The position numbers and the translations under genes are program-made. Of a DNA stretch of 64,000 nucleotides, positions 40,627 through 54,392 are shown piece after piece. The notes below the pieces were generated by a model. It saw only the letters and a program-made list of their open reading frames with translations, ran no database searches and was not told where the DNA came from. Positions within the stretch are counted from its first letter, which is position 1. Each line of letters opens with the position of its first letter. The DNA comes from Lingula anatina (taxonomy: Eukaryota; Animalia; Brachiopoda). The DNA is taken from NCBI GenBank assembly GCA_051362555.1, contig CM120641.1:29890401-29954400 (forward strand). Direction: 5' to 3'.

Positions 40627-41163
40627 CTGGGATTAATCGCTATATGAAAAGAAAATATAATCTTAGGTCCCTGTCAGAAGCCTTCGTAATCAAAACTAAA
40701 TGAATGTAACATAAAAATAACAAAACATCTAGTGAAATCAAAAATTTCTGTCAGATAATGCATTAGTAATGTAAATTACCCGAGTATTTGTAAAAACGAT
40801 CTAGTAGAATAAAAAATTGCTGAATGGATTAATATGTGTACTGTCTTTTTTAAAAATTGCATTTCATGTTCTGAGTGGTATACCAACCATTTTGAGCAAT
40901 AGTGTACCTGTAATGGATCTATCTGTATTTGGGTCTAAAAATACGTGGATCTATAGGTATGCGGATTTATAAGTACGTGGGTTTATGTGGACGTCGTATC
41001 TATAGGAACGTAAATATGTAGGACGGTGGTAAAAAATCGGATCTCTACGTATTTAAATCTAAAAAGACGTTTTTTAAAGTTTTTCTTTTATGTATCTATC
41101 GGTAACGGGAGTATAGGGACGTGTAATATTTTGGGACTAAATTTTATCGGTACGTCCCCATCG

Positions 41164-42346
41164 GCCAGTGCAAAAACATGCATGTTTCACCGGATTTCAT
41201 TTGTCTACGTTTGTGAATGTACAAGTATTAAATTGAAGGAAAATGACTTCAATCAGACATCTTCTTTGGTTCACTTTTTATTCAATAGATTTTAATAGCA
41301 CAAATTCAAATCATCTTCAGTTTTGCGCTCGTATTATTAATTCTAAAAGAGAAAAAATTTATCTTTTAAACATATAAACCACTTACGATAACCTTTTCTT
41401 ATTTCCATTTATTTGGGTAACTTTTTTTATTACTTTGAAATCTTCCAAAATATTTATGTCTGATTGTCCTCCTGCTGACAACTTCGTTTCCAGCCTCGCA
41501 CCGGCCGAGATGAACATAACTTCCGGACAGTTTATTACTCAAGCCAATCTAATTTGCATATAAGAGAAAAATACATTTTTTCTTGGTTTTGAGTTGTGAG
41601 CACATTTTTCATTTTCCCCAACAAAAGCAATGTCCCCTTACACTAAAAAAACTTCGAAAGATTTGATCGACACCCCCGTTAATTAATCAAATCAATATAT
41701 ATAACTTTCATATCACAGACGTGAATCTCGGTTTTCAAGCCCAAGTCATAAAATTATTAGATAGCGCCGATAACTGCGCTGGCCCAAAGTAGGTCAATTG
41801 CCTGTATAAAAATCCCATACGATTATCGATTTTTGGGTAATGACAGATTTGGGGGGTAGCATGCATGGAAAATTGTCAAGATACCAGCAAAATATTTGGG
41901 ACTCTTGAAACCACTTAGAAACAGAGTTTATTGAAAACTTTTTAAAAGGTTAAAAAAACTAATCATTTTCTTTCGTTTTGCGACTTACATCTTTGCAGAT
42001 ATCTTAGCAGAATCTATATTTCACCTATCTCTCCCCCAAAATGTTGCAGACCGCGTTAACTGTTTCGCTGTACGCGAAATACGACTCAGCAAACGATAGT
42101 GTTGAAGGAGCAAGGGGCAGGTACCCTGAGTATCAAGGCACAGTAAAGCTAGCTAGTTAAACTATTCATATCGCTTTACTGTTTGGTAGTGCTGATATGG
42201 GTTATATATATATATAAATCTAGAACGTAAGGTAGGGGCAGGATGGGTTGGATGTAGGGAGAGGGTGCTCACTGAACATTTCTAGCCACTCCAGTCTTTA
42301 GAGCTGGAAGTAACGAAGCGTGGGGGATGTCCATTTGTATGCTGCG

Positions 42347-42426
<80 letters not shown>

Positions 42427-44090
42427 CGCAGCCTGACGTACAGAAACCTCAATAAATTTTGCCTCATTTGAACTATTTATTCATCAAAGACTATCAAAAA
42501 TAAATTTAATAAATTTAAAATGTATAAAAATGTATATAAGCGTTTACATGGGATACTTACTTCATTTCTCAATTGACGTTTTTTGTGAACTTGTGAGCCA
42601 TCTGACATTATATTTGAAAAAAATAATGACGTTGCATACGTAGCTTATTTCATGGGGCTTACTTGAAACCGGTTTTGTTACTCTAACTCATTCCTAGTTT
42701 CATGTCAACAATAAAAATATTTAAAAAAATACCACGAAAAGAGGTATTTGATTGAAGTTTCATTTTTTTTTTATTTTGTTTTTACCATGGATCATGGACA
42801 TAATAAGAGATTATGTCCATGTTTTTACTTATATATTATATATAATAATAATTCTGGTGAGAATGATGCCATATAGTTGACTGGGGTCTTGGCCAGTGCA
42901 AACACATATGTTTGTTTCACTGAATTTCATTCATTTGTGAATGTTGTATAAAAAATCAGAAAATTTCTTTAGTTGACTCAGCACTTTGTTCAATAGCTTA
43001 AAAGGTGCAAATTAAAATTATTCTCAGCTTTGTACGTTTACAGACTAAATCTTAATTTGAAAATCTTTATTAAACACACTGGAATCCACTTCTGATAACT
43101 TTCTCATATTTCCGGTGATTCTGATTCTGATTTTTTTTGTATCTCTTTAAAATCTCCCTAAATACTTAAGTCTGATTGCCTTTCCGCTGACTTCTTTTGC
43201 AGCGTCATTTAGATTGTGCTTGCACCAGCCTCGTTACGGATCACTTCTGGCCAGTTTATAACTCAAGGCAATCCAATTTGCATATAAGAGAAAAATGCAT
43301 TTTCTTTTCTTGGTTTTGAGTTGTTAGCACATTTTTCATTTTCCATGAAAAGCAATGCCCCCTTACACTAAATAAACTTTGAAAGATTTGATCGACGCGC
43401 GCTGTTTATTTATTAGTCAAACCAATATCAATAACTTTCATATCACAGACGGAATCACGTTTTCAAGCCCAAGGAATAAAACTGTCAAATAGCGCCGTTA
43501 ACTGTGCTGGCCCAAAGTAGGTCAATTGCCTGTATAAAAATCCCATACGATTATTAATTTTTAGGTAAGGACGGTTTTGGGGGGAAGCACGCAAGATAAA
43601 AGTATCAAGATGCCAGCAAGATATTTGGGACTCTTGGAACCACTTAAAAGCACAGAATATTGAAAACTTTTTAAAGGACTAAAAACGAATCAAATTCTTC
43701 AGATTTGCGACTTTAATCTTTGCAGACATTGGCAGAATAGGTTTTCACCTATCTCTCCCCGAAATGTTGCAGACCGCGTTAACTGTTTCGCTGTAGAGAA
43801 ACCCGGGATATGAACCAGCAAACGATAATGTTGAAGGAACAACGGGCAGGGTTGTGTGGATGAAGGGGGGGGGGGGGGGGGGGCTTATTCCTGTCACTTT
43901 TACCAGTCACGTCAGTCTTTACAGGCAATTTTTTGCCCCGTGAAAAAATACACATGAGAATAAGACATAACATGTAATATCTTACAGTTAAATAATTTTA
44001 AAAACACCACTGGAAAAAGTGCTTGATTGAATGTTTCCTTGCTTATATATTCTTTTTCTGCTATTTTACTTATATTATATTATGATATTA
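41164..44090. repeat. Diverged tandem duplication of non-coding DNA, about 1.7-kb period
   Basis: 41164-42121 matches 42891-43850 (shared blocks such as AATTTGCATATAAGAGAAAAAT, GCTGGCCCAAAGTAGGTCAATTGCCTGTATAAAAATCCCATACGATTAT, AATGTTGCAGACCGCGTTAACTGTTTCGCTGTA). Weaker match of ~42720-42845 with ~43990-44085. Confidence 0.85.
42341..42432. repeat. Perfect palindrome: (TA)n core with GC-containing inverted flanks
   Basis: GCTGCGTGAA-(TA)n-TTCACGCAGC. Confidence 0.9.
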
Positions 44091-46221
44091 CTGCTAATCA
44101 ACTGAAAAAAGCTAAAGCATAACGTAAATATCCAGTCTTGAAGAAGGAATTCTCAACCCCACCCAAACCCCAACCTCTGCCCCTTTCTATGAATTTTTCT
44201 GTCATTCAAATCAAAGAGATAGTGTCTATTTCTTTGTTCAAATAAACAGTGTCAATACTCAAGAGTGCACAGTACGTGTCATACAGTGAAAACGAAGCCA
44301 TGCTTGGTATGTGCATTGTGGATGTGCCAACAAGGAAGGTAGATGTTGTAAATCACTGGCTAGCCATTTAGAACAAAATTGTGAAATCAAAAATTGGATA
44401 AAATATCAAATCCTAATACAGGGACTGGTCAAGAAATGATTCATATAGATTACCTTTGAATAGCAGAAATTTAAAGATTAGCTATTATTTACTACCTCCT
44501 GTCTTTTTTTTAAAGGATAACATCTCTTCATGCGAGATTCATATTTCACAATGAATACATTGTTAACCACTTATAGAAATATAATAAATTCTTTTCAACC
44601 ATCAAACCGCTGTTAGCACAATTATTCTGGAATCTTTGCTTGCCACTGGATCACATTACCTCCATAGATGACTAATCTCTATAATAATTTCTTAAGAGAT
44701 TATAACAAATAACCGAATGTAGAAATGAGGCACAAGCGTCGCTTTGGTTGCAAAATGAATGCTCAATCATCAGCCTATGGTCAGCATGTGAAGTATTATA
44801 ATTATTTTATCCCATACTTAAGGACAAAGAAAAGTCACCGTCCAGTGTAAACGGGGTTTAGGGCATCTTTTCTTTCAGATGTGTAGTAGGGTAAAATGCC
44901 CTTAAAATTATGTTTTTGAGTTATTTGTGTATTTATATTAATCAAAAAATATCTAACATTGGATGTAATTTTTTTTTTAATGTTTTTTTTTTAGTTTACA
45001 CAGAAAAATGTCTTTTGATGAGTTTTTGAATTGGCATGCGCCCCAGTCAGACTGACGAATGGGCCACACCTCAGTTGGTAAAGACCGTTGCCATGAGGGG
45101 GCAAAGCAAAATTAATGAGTTATAAGCCGATTACCTGTGTGGTAACAGGTCATAGGTCTTACATCGGCTAAGCAGTGAAGAAGTTGAGTAAGCCATGGGG
45201 AAGAGTAAAGTGTGTGTTAAAAGTACATTTCCTGAGGAAACAAAGAAAATTTTGAAAGAGAGTATGCGCTGCAGGTGGGGAAAACCACTTTTTGTTCAGT
45301 CGGACAAAGAAAGATCTACCAGGAGAAAAACCATATATAAATACCCCTGTACAACACGTGGTTCCTCAACACATCAGACCTAGTCATAAAATAAATTGAT
45401 AAATAACTTTATGTTGGCCTAAAGTACGGTGAGTGAACTGGTATTACACGCAATCTACTTCAAAAGATATGAATATATAGACTTTTTTTTGCAATCATCA
45501 CGTGGTTTCAAAACTCACCTACACCCTGTCATTTTAGCCAAAAGCGCCTTTCTTTTATCTTTGCTGCTATTTCGAGAGCTAGTACTCTAAAGTAATCACT
45601 GGATTTTTATGTTGAACTGACAATGACCAAATGCCGAGAAAACAATCCTACTTCGTTACCTGTCAAAAATTCATATTGACATAAGTGACAGCCACTTTCT
45701 CTGGACAAATACAAACAATTTCATCTGATCACTTTGCCGATAACAGAGAAAGTAGCTCCTGGGTAAAATTTCTCGATTAACGAGGAAAGCCCATAAAACA
45801 TTCAAATGCAACTGAAGGCTGCCTTCACATAAAAAATCTATTTTCTAAAAATCTATTTGCGGTATCTTGTGATAACGGTCTGTGCCCTGAATACCCCACG
45901 GCTTAATTACAGGTAGCGCAAGCCAGTTACTTCCAAAGCTGTAATTAATTCTCGGCGCTGCCAGTAATTACACCTCGGGGTATCTGCTGTAGTACTTTCA
46001 CCAAGCTTTTTGAATCACATGAAAAGCTGTCTTGGTTATTGAGAAAATCCCAAAACCGAAAACTATTTTTTCCCCCAAAAATGGCGCTACAGCTTCAACC
46101 GTTGGATACTGCACTTAATCTCTGCATTTAATTGGCCTTCTCAGAATAATTTATAAGAAAAGGGCATTGTTTCTATCCCCCCCCCCCAGTGTTAACCACT
46201 GGATTCATTTGAAAATATGTA

Positions 46222-46271
<50 letters not shown>

Positions 46272-46723
46272 GGGGATGGGGCAGTGCCCTAATATACTTT
46301 ATGTATACATCTAATGAGTCTTCAAAGGTAAGCCTGTTTAAAAAGAAATGGAAAAGTTTGCTATTCTTATTAATTTAGATTGAAAAAAAATGCTGTATGT
46401 CAAATGCAATGATTCCTATAAAAATCAACAAAACCTACTAATATTTTCTCTCATTACTTACATGTTAATCTAACATATAAAATTATTTGCAAGTACTAGT
46501 ATTATCTTTTTTTATTGTGAGAATAGGTATGTGGAAAGTGTCTTTGGCTATGATTGTTCACAAACTCTGGAATAAACTTTTTGTTTGAAATAGTAATAAT
46601 AATGAATACATAATTTGAACAGACTGAGACTATCATGATTCTGTTCATTAGAACACTTCAGCATAAAGGGGTCACACTGTTTTTATGGCAGCTATTATGA
46701 TCTGGTAATGGTTGCTTTCATGG

Positions 46724-49700
46724 TCAAATTGGTAGTTTCTTTCTGTCCTTTGATGCATTCTTTTTCCTCTTTTTGTTGAGATATTTTTCTAAGTTTCCGC
46801 TCTTTTTCAGTTCTTTAAACTTGTCAGCCAACTGCAATTGCTTTTGCTCAGCTGAAATAAAGGCAAAATTCTTGAAACTTGAAAGATTGTTTTTTAAAAT
46901 ATGGTTACAATCTCATTACTCATGGGAATTTTGTAGGGTAATTTTTTAAATAATCAAAAAAGCAAGGGTTGTTATTAACTGATGTAAGAAAGGTGAAGGT
47001 TTGAAATTATCATATACATTAGTTTTTAAAGCATCAAGTCAAAGTTATATATATTTTTAATTCAATAGCCAAGAAAAGAGCTTACATTTTCGCAGATAAA
47101 ATGGTTTCTTGCCCTGCTTTATTTCTTCATGTTCCTTCTTCCTAATTTCTTTCTGAAATTGTTTTTCAGATTTTTTCTGCTCTGCACTTCGTTCTTGTTG
47201 ATTCTGGCAAATAGAAATTAAAATCAGCATATATATTGAAATTTCAATAATTATCTGTAACTAGACTACAAGACATTACAGCTAGCAAATATACAGAGAT
47301 TTTACTGAAAAAAATTCATTCCCAGTAAATAAAGAAAAAGGCAGCAAAAGCGTCAAATGTACAGACAAAAAGCAGAAAAAAGTGATGAACAAAATAGATT
47401 ACTTTGTCAATTTTGCTGCAATAACACATAATGCTTAACAACAAGGTCAACATCAAAATTTAATAATGCACAAGTGGTAACACAGATGTTAGGAATATGT
47501 AACTAGCACAAGGCTTCTGGTCCATGAGAATACAAATTCACACATTGAAAATGAGAAGTATGAAAATTTCACAAAAAAATTGTTTAAAATTGTATAAATC
47601 AAGAAAAAAAGTCGGACATGCAGGGCAATATGTAAAAAAAAAAAACTTTACAAAAATGAGACAAGATTACATGTCCTTGAGGCTGAGGTATAATAACAAT
47701 TTAAAAGGCATTGATCTGATGTCTCTAGCTCAAAAGATGCATTTTTTAAAGCACATTCTAAATGACTGAAATTTCAGTCAGGAAAAGTTTGAATTCAACA
47801 AGTAAAAGTTTTTAGAAAGTTATCATCATTAAGATTATTATTAGAATTATTCTTTTCGTATAATTCAACAAGTGAAGTTGTTGATCACCCTGGCATACTC
47901 TTCTTTTGGTATGGGACATTTATTTTATGGGTGAACCATGCATACTGGGGCACAGCAGCCAAGACAAGGTGTTTCAGGGCCCCTTGCACTCTCTTTAATG
48001 CACGGCCTGGATGGCCATATTTAAACTATTAAAAATAATTGAACCATTTTAGTTTGAAAACGTAGGTTAGAAGGCAGGTGCTGTTACAGAGGAACATTTT
48101 ATTGTGGTGCTCAATAAGTTTTTGAAGGAAATTAGAACACTTTGTGGTAAGAATTGAGATTTGCCATGGTTCTAACAATATGGGGCTACTCCACATACAG
48201 CCAACATCATGATGACATGGCTTGACTATAGATTCTATTATCGGCTGATCAGCAGATGGTGCAAACCGAATGGTCTCTGCATTCACCTGATCTGAACCCC
48301 CAAGAATTTTACCTCTGCAAGGCCTTTATTCCTGCACCCCCATTTTCATAGCATAATAACCAGTCAATCCACTATATTTTTAACCTGCTGCCTCTTTTAA
48401 AACCAATCAAGAGTAATTGCCCAATGGTCAGTTGCAATTTAAACAGCGGAGCAGCCGCAGCAAGTTGTCAATGTCAGGAGTTGAAAAATGTCTCAAGCAC
48501 GAATGTGTCTTGTTTCAATGACTCTTAAGGGGCATACCTTGGCAGAGTACATGCAAAAATTTAAATATCAATAAATTCCCTAAAAACAATCCAATATAGC
48601 TGATTTTTTTAAGTGAACAATTTTCAACCAGCAATGATATTTAGATGAAAGTAAATTTAAAGCAAAACAAAACAAGGGAGCAAAACTGTCAAACGTACGG
48701 ACAGAAGGCTTAAAATAATATGCTTGTGCATAATGCAGCTTTTTATCAACTTTGATACAATATTACAAACTTCAAGAAAAATCATCCAATTGAGCTTGCT
48801 TTTCAATTTGAGCTGTACTAAAGTCATAAGAACCCTTATAGTATGTTTTGAAAATAATAAGTAACACGGTTTTCTTCTAATAGTTTTAATGGTGGCACAA
48901 AATAGTTGTCAAATGTCCAGACAAAAAGCAGAAAATTATGATGTAAAAAAAGGTTATTTTGCCAATTTTGATGCAATAATACATTATGCTTAAGTCAATG
49001 TCAAATATTAATTATGCACATCAGGGAACAAGGATGTTAGGAATGCTTTTCCATGACTGTGGTATGTCAATTGTATAAAGTATAATAAATGCTGAAAGAA
49101 AAGGATAACTTCAAGAAAAATAGTCAGATCAAGCAGGCTTTCAAACTCAATCTGTACGTAAGCCACATTCATCAGCCCTGTAAGGCAACAGGTCAAACAG
49201 TTTTATGAAATGTGTTATTGGTACTGCATATAGTATAACATATGCTAAAAAAGCATAATTTCTAGAAAAAATGATCTGATCAAGCTGATTTTTTTATCTG
49301 TAATTTAGTAACATTGATCACTCCTATAAATTTGAAAACAATAGGCCTATTGGTTTTCCTTAAAGTTGTATGTCTGTAGTGCATATAGTATAATATATGC
49401 TGAAAAAAACATTTTATCTGATCATAAATTCATACAAAAAGTTTGAGTATAATAAAACACATTTTCAACAAAAATAAAATAATAAAACAAAAATTGTGTA
49501 AACGACAAAATGTGCACGGAAACGTCGCAGATGACAACAAATGCAAGTGATGGTATGTGTAAAGTATCTGGACATAAAAAATGTTAGGCACTTATTGAAC
49601 TGATTTTTCTGAGAGCGAATGAATCAACAGGGACAGACACAAGAAAATAAGTGTAACAAAGCAGTTATTCAAAATAGCTATTCAATATAAATTATTTCCA

Positions 49701-52700
49701 AGTATAAATAATAAAACATTGGCAATTATTATAACATTGATACTTACCATTCTATTAATAAGGTAATGCAGCTGTTGTTTCCTATCATTGTCCTTTTCCT
49801 TTTTCAGCTGCTTTAAGAGTTTCTAGTTAAATAATCAAATTGGAAGTGAGAATTTACCCATTTATAGTTACATGTAAAGAGAGCTTGGATTCTCAATAAT
49901 GCATATAAACCACTTCTACTAGTTTATAAATGACTAAACATCAACATGCCACGTCATAAACCAAATTTAATCCTTGTGGAGTGACAAAAAGTTTTAAACT
50001 GCATCTTCAAAAAAATTAATGGTCAGAAATTGTTTTATTTATCTGTCCCTTCATTTTGTAAAAGTCCCCTTAATGGCACAGTACTGAATGTGCATTGCAA
50101 AATCTTTTCTCTCTCTCCCTCCCACATATGAATGTAGCTGCATGCACAATGCAAACTTTTTCAAATGTGTCTGCTGTGAGATTTATATAGCACAGAGAGA
50201 AAGCAGAAACTATCCATTCATACATCATTTTCCTGGGGAATATGTTGATGTCCTTTGGTATTTTTCTAAGTTATACTATTTGCTACTATATGGTGGTATT
50301 TGGTTGGGTTTTCTTGCAAAAATTCAACTTCTAATGCACCTTTTAAGCAATAATTGTTCAAATGGACAAAGTAAATATGGTAATGTGCCTTGAATTTCCA
50401 ACACCTCATAAACTTCAAATGATCTTAAAATTGGCCATCTGGAGTTTTTTTGGCTCTTGAATTTTGAGGTTACATAAGGTGCCAAGCCAGGAACAGACAC
50501 TCTGGTCCAAAACAACAGAATTTCAAAGAATACAATGTCTGGAAGTTCTCAGCACCTCCCATTGAATGAACTTTGACCAAAACAATATTTTCCTTATTTA
50601 AATCAGTTTCTTCTGTACAAATTTCATGACACATTACCATATTGATATGTGCAATAACAAGATAAAATTTTCCATTTAACAATTCCAATTTTCCCCCGTT
50701 GTTTGATCTCAATCACATAACAAATTTCAAATTTGACTTACATTTTTTTCTCTTGATTTCAAATCATCCAGAAATGAATATGTTTGGTGAAATATGGTTT
50801 GACTGTATTCTCCTGAAAGATCATCAAACCTCGGGTCTCTGTTTATCTGCAGTTATGAAACCCAAGTCAATTTTTTTATTAAGGGTTTATATATATATCA
50901 GTAAAAAATCTTTAAAAAATTTTTACTTAAGAAAAAATCTTTTTAAAAAAATTTGACTGACGAAAAGTTTTTCAAAAATATTCTTTTAAAAAAATTGTGG
51001 ACCTGGTTATCGATTTCTACATGTATTTTGTTCTGGTAAATATAAAAAAGGACTTTTGAATCTTATACAGACATAATAAATAGGTGCATGTGGTCACTGA
51101 CTTAAACATCTTGGTTCAGTAAAAACAAGCAAACCTAAAATGTACATTAACATTACTAAACTTTTAATATAAAAGCTATAAACATGTTCAAACCTTCTTC
51201 TTTACAGAAACAATTTCCCTGAATCTGCCAACAGGTTTCTTGGCTGACATTTCCATAGGCCTGGAAAATATTATAGATTGATTTCAGTTTGTTCATTGTC
51301 AACGACTGATTTATAATAAAGAAGCAATTTCATCTTGAAAATTATACTTAAGTCTTATTAATTAAGAGTCAAGGACTGAACAATATACCTGTTTTTGTTT
51401 TCCCTTTTAAATGTTTTCTTTCCATTTTCTTTCTTTTTAGCTTTCCCATGCAAGGCCTTTTTGTACCTGAATTATAAATTATTATTTTTATTTATACACT
51501 CTAATAATGAAACACATTTTTCCAATAAAAAGCAACAACTAATTTTATATCAACTTACAAACCTACGAAACAAATATTGCTTGACAAGAGATCTTCATAA
51601 AATTAAGATAGCAACAAATAAAATTAGATCATGTCAATGGGTACCCAATGCATATTCCTGCACTTCTCCACATTGTAAAGGATAGGTCATTGAGTAGAGA
51701 TAGTCATTAGTGTCTATGGTAATTACTAAATTTTAATTGAAAATGCTTAGAGTGTTCAATCTCCCTACTTTTTGGATATTTATCTTTTTCACACAATAAA
51801 AAGTTTACTTTCTGACTCCTTTTATAATAATTAATTCATGTGGTTCACATTTTTGGGGTAATTACCATATTTTTCCTTGTTTGCTATACATTATATATAC
51901 TATATATACTATACATTTTCAGACATCTTTTTTCACATTATAACTGGTGTCTCCCTCTTTTTTCTTTCTCAAATTCTGGACAGAGTTACACTATTAATAA
52001 TTAAATATCACTGACTTACAGTTTTGACCCCAGTCTTTCTTTGAGTTTTTGCAATTCTTCAAATGGCATGTGAGACAATTCTTCTTTTATGGCTGCCTGG
52101 AAATATTAAAGGGATAATAACTCTTCGTATGAGATCTATATTTCACAATAAAAACATTTGTGAATAACTCATAGAAATATAATATATTCTGTTTTACCAT
52201 AAAAACGGCAGTTATAGCTATTATTCTGATATCTGAGCTTGTCTTTAGACCACGTGACCTCCATTGATGGCTATACTCTGTTAAAATCTCTTAAGAGATT
52301 TTAACAAAAAACCAAACTTTTTAGAAAAAAACCAGGGACTAACTTTGAATGTAAAAATGGATTCATTAACCATTGGTAAGTATGGGAAAATTGTTGTTTA
52401 CTCCAGGAAAACTCATTTTTTGACCGAAACGAAGAGTTATTATCACTTTAAGTTTAGAATCAATCATAAAACTACAAGGCTGTTTGCATATATTCTGATC
52501 ACTGTATCTGTCCATATATTTGTTGTTGCCATCAGACACATCTTTTCTTTACTGTCTAAGTAACAAATTATATTATTTGCTTTATATTTGCCCAATTGTT
52601 TTTTTGGTAAAAAGGAAGGTTAATTTAAAAACCAACATGGTTGGGTTATTTTCCAAGTTATTTAATCTTTTGTGCTATCTGCATGTACTAGTATTTGTGT

Positions 52701-53455
52701 ATTTTGGTGATGTTCAAGGCTTGTCTTAAAGTGCTAAAAAGTACTTTTTTTTTACTTCAAATTTGCTCAGTTGCTGAGACTGAGTTGCTTAATTTGGTAA
52801 AAATGCAGATGCAGTTAAAATCAGCTTGATAGGTAAAAGGTTTCACAATTGTTATACTTCTGGTGTTTTACAACCTTGTTGTCCAATGTTTGCTTAATCT
52901 GTTTATATAATAGGCTGTGTAAGAGCCTGTGACATGTCAGTAAAATTGTTGAAATAATACTAAAATACAATATCAACATTAAAATTTTGTCATCATTAAT
53001 TATTTTGACATATTTTCTGCTGAAGTAATTTTTTCACTTTGGAAAATTCACCAGAATACAAAATAGACTAGTTTCAGTTTGAAAAATTCTCTCATCGTGC
53101 ATAGTCACATTGTCCACCCAAGCTGAAAGGCAAAAGAACTTGAGGTAAGAGAGCCTTGCTGATAACAATCTTGATTGGAAAAATAGTGGGTCCCTTTGGA
53201 CAGTTACTTGTGTGTTTCCACACATGTACACCTAGGCATCTAAACATCTATAGGGTCAACTTACAGTGTTTTCTGTCTACAGAATCTTTTACAACATTTT
53301 GGAAAATATATGAAAATATTGTTTGCACAGTATAGTATACCCACCAGCTCTTCTGGTTCTTCTTCTTGTTCTTCATCCTCATTTTCGCCTTGCTTTCCAC
53401 TGTTCTCTCTCCATGGAACTATTTCAGAAGTGGCAATTTTGTCGTGTACATCCAT
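46724..53455 (-). CDS. RRP36: Ribosomal RNA processing protein 36 homolog, 252 aa, 8 coding exons
   Basis: Exons in transcript order: 53455-53345, 52096-52020, 51466-51389, 51260-51194, 50846-50742, 49822-49748, 47203-47086, 46851-46724; GT-AG, 759 nt. Peptides: [100 protein letters not shown]. The ATG directly follows an acceptor (TAG|G ATG), so the start is slightly uncertain. Confidence 0.92.
47352..49050. repeat. Two copies of a dispersed ~150-bp repeat (47352-47500 and 48908-49050)
   Basis: GTCAAATGT(A/C)CAGACAAAAAGCAGAAAA...AATTTTG(C/A)TGCAATAA; reverse-complement relatives near 30190-30280 and 60815-60900. Confidence 0.6.
47930..48315 (+). mobile_element. Decayed Tc1/mariner-superfamily transposase fragment (DD41D/rosa-like spacing) in an RRP36 intron
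   Basis: From 48167 reads WF*QYGATPHTANIMMTWLDYRF..RLISRWCK/EWSLHSPDLNPQEFYL, matching the WFQQDGATPHTA...WPPxSPDLNPxDFxLW pattern; about 41 positions between the inferred catalytic sites. Confidence 0.7.
52110..52447. mobile_element. TTAA-flanked MITE (Kolobok-like), copy 2, next to an RRP36 3' splice site
   Basis: TTAA (52106-52109)-AGGGATAATAACTCTTCG ... CGAAGAGTTATTATCACT-TTAA (52448-52451); reverse-orientation homologue of 5712-6057. Confidence 0.85.
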
Positions 53456-54392
53456 CCTATTCTAACAAGATTATGACAAATACAGGTTTAGAACTGAACA
53501 GGGTTCTTGCCAATTTTGGTGTATAGAAAACTGCTTGTAAAAGAATCAAAGAACCAAAATATTTTGATATGTTCATAAAGAGTAGCAAGTACCCCTCCAA
53601 AAAAGTCTAACATCTAAAGAAATTCACAGAAATATGTTATTTAGGGATGTATTTTTAAGTCTGGCAAACCTTTTAAACTTTTTTTATTTATCTCTTATAA
53701 CAAATTAAAAGTAAAGCACTTGAGAGATTCATAGTAAATGGTCCCCTTTGAAATTGCAAGCTACAAGCCTGATAAGAGTGCTACATGTACATGGAATGCA
53801 TTTATTATCACGTTAAGATATCCAGCACTCGATATTAATGGTAGCTAAGCCCGCTAGCCGGGTTAGTAGACTACCAGGTCTGGCTACCAGTGCCTGCCTG
53901 CCAGTGGCCTGATCAGGCTACCTACAATTTTATAGATGTTTCCAAGATATTTCAACCATTTGAAACAATTTCTGTCTCCAATTTGTTGATTGTGCTGCAT
54001 TTTTTGTTCAGACATATATTTAAACTGACTGTTAAAAACACCCTGTATGTCCAAATCAGCACTGCGGTATTAATGATGATCTATTATCTATACTAGTAAA
54101 AAGCACTTGTTACAATTTCTGTGCAATTCTTCAGACATGTCAGATGACGCAAGAGGAAAATTTATTTATATAACAGGTATGGAGGTATACCTTACCTTAA
54201 AAGTATCATGATATTCCATTATTTGCAATTACGGGGACGTAAAAACCAACACAGTAAAATTAGGTCAACATCATAAAAGCTTTTGGGTACTTTTGCAGTA
54301 TTCCCCCTCCCTGTAACTCTTTGATTTTTAATGCTAATCAAAATTAAGTTATGTGGTCACTTTATTAGTTTGATCAGTGCATCGGGCCCAGT

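Larger units (their letters stand above)
38192..41159. mobile_element. 3-kb foldback/MULE-like element with inverted arrays of short subterminal repeats; host of two nested insertions
   Basis: ATCGGCCA(G) is duplicated at 38184-38192 and 41160-41168, with GGGG..CCCC ends. Arrays of ATAGAT..ACGTCC at 38200-38360 and their reverse complements at 40915-41155. Superfamily assignment is tentative. Confidence 0.7.
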
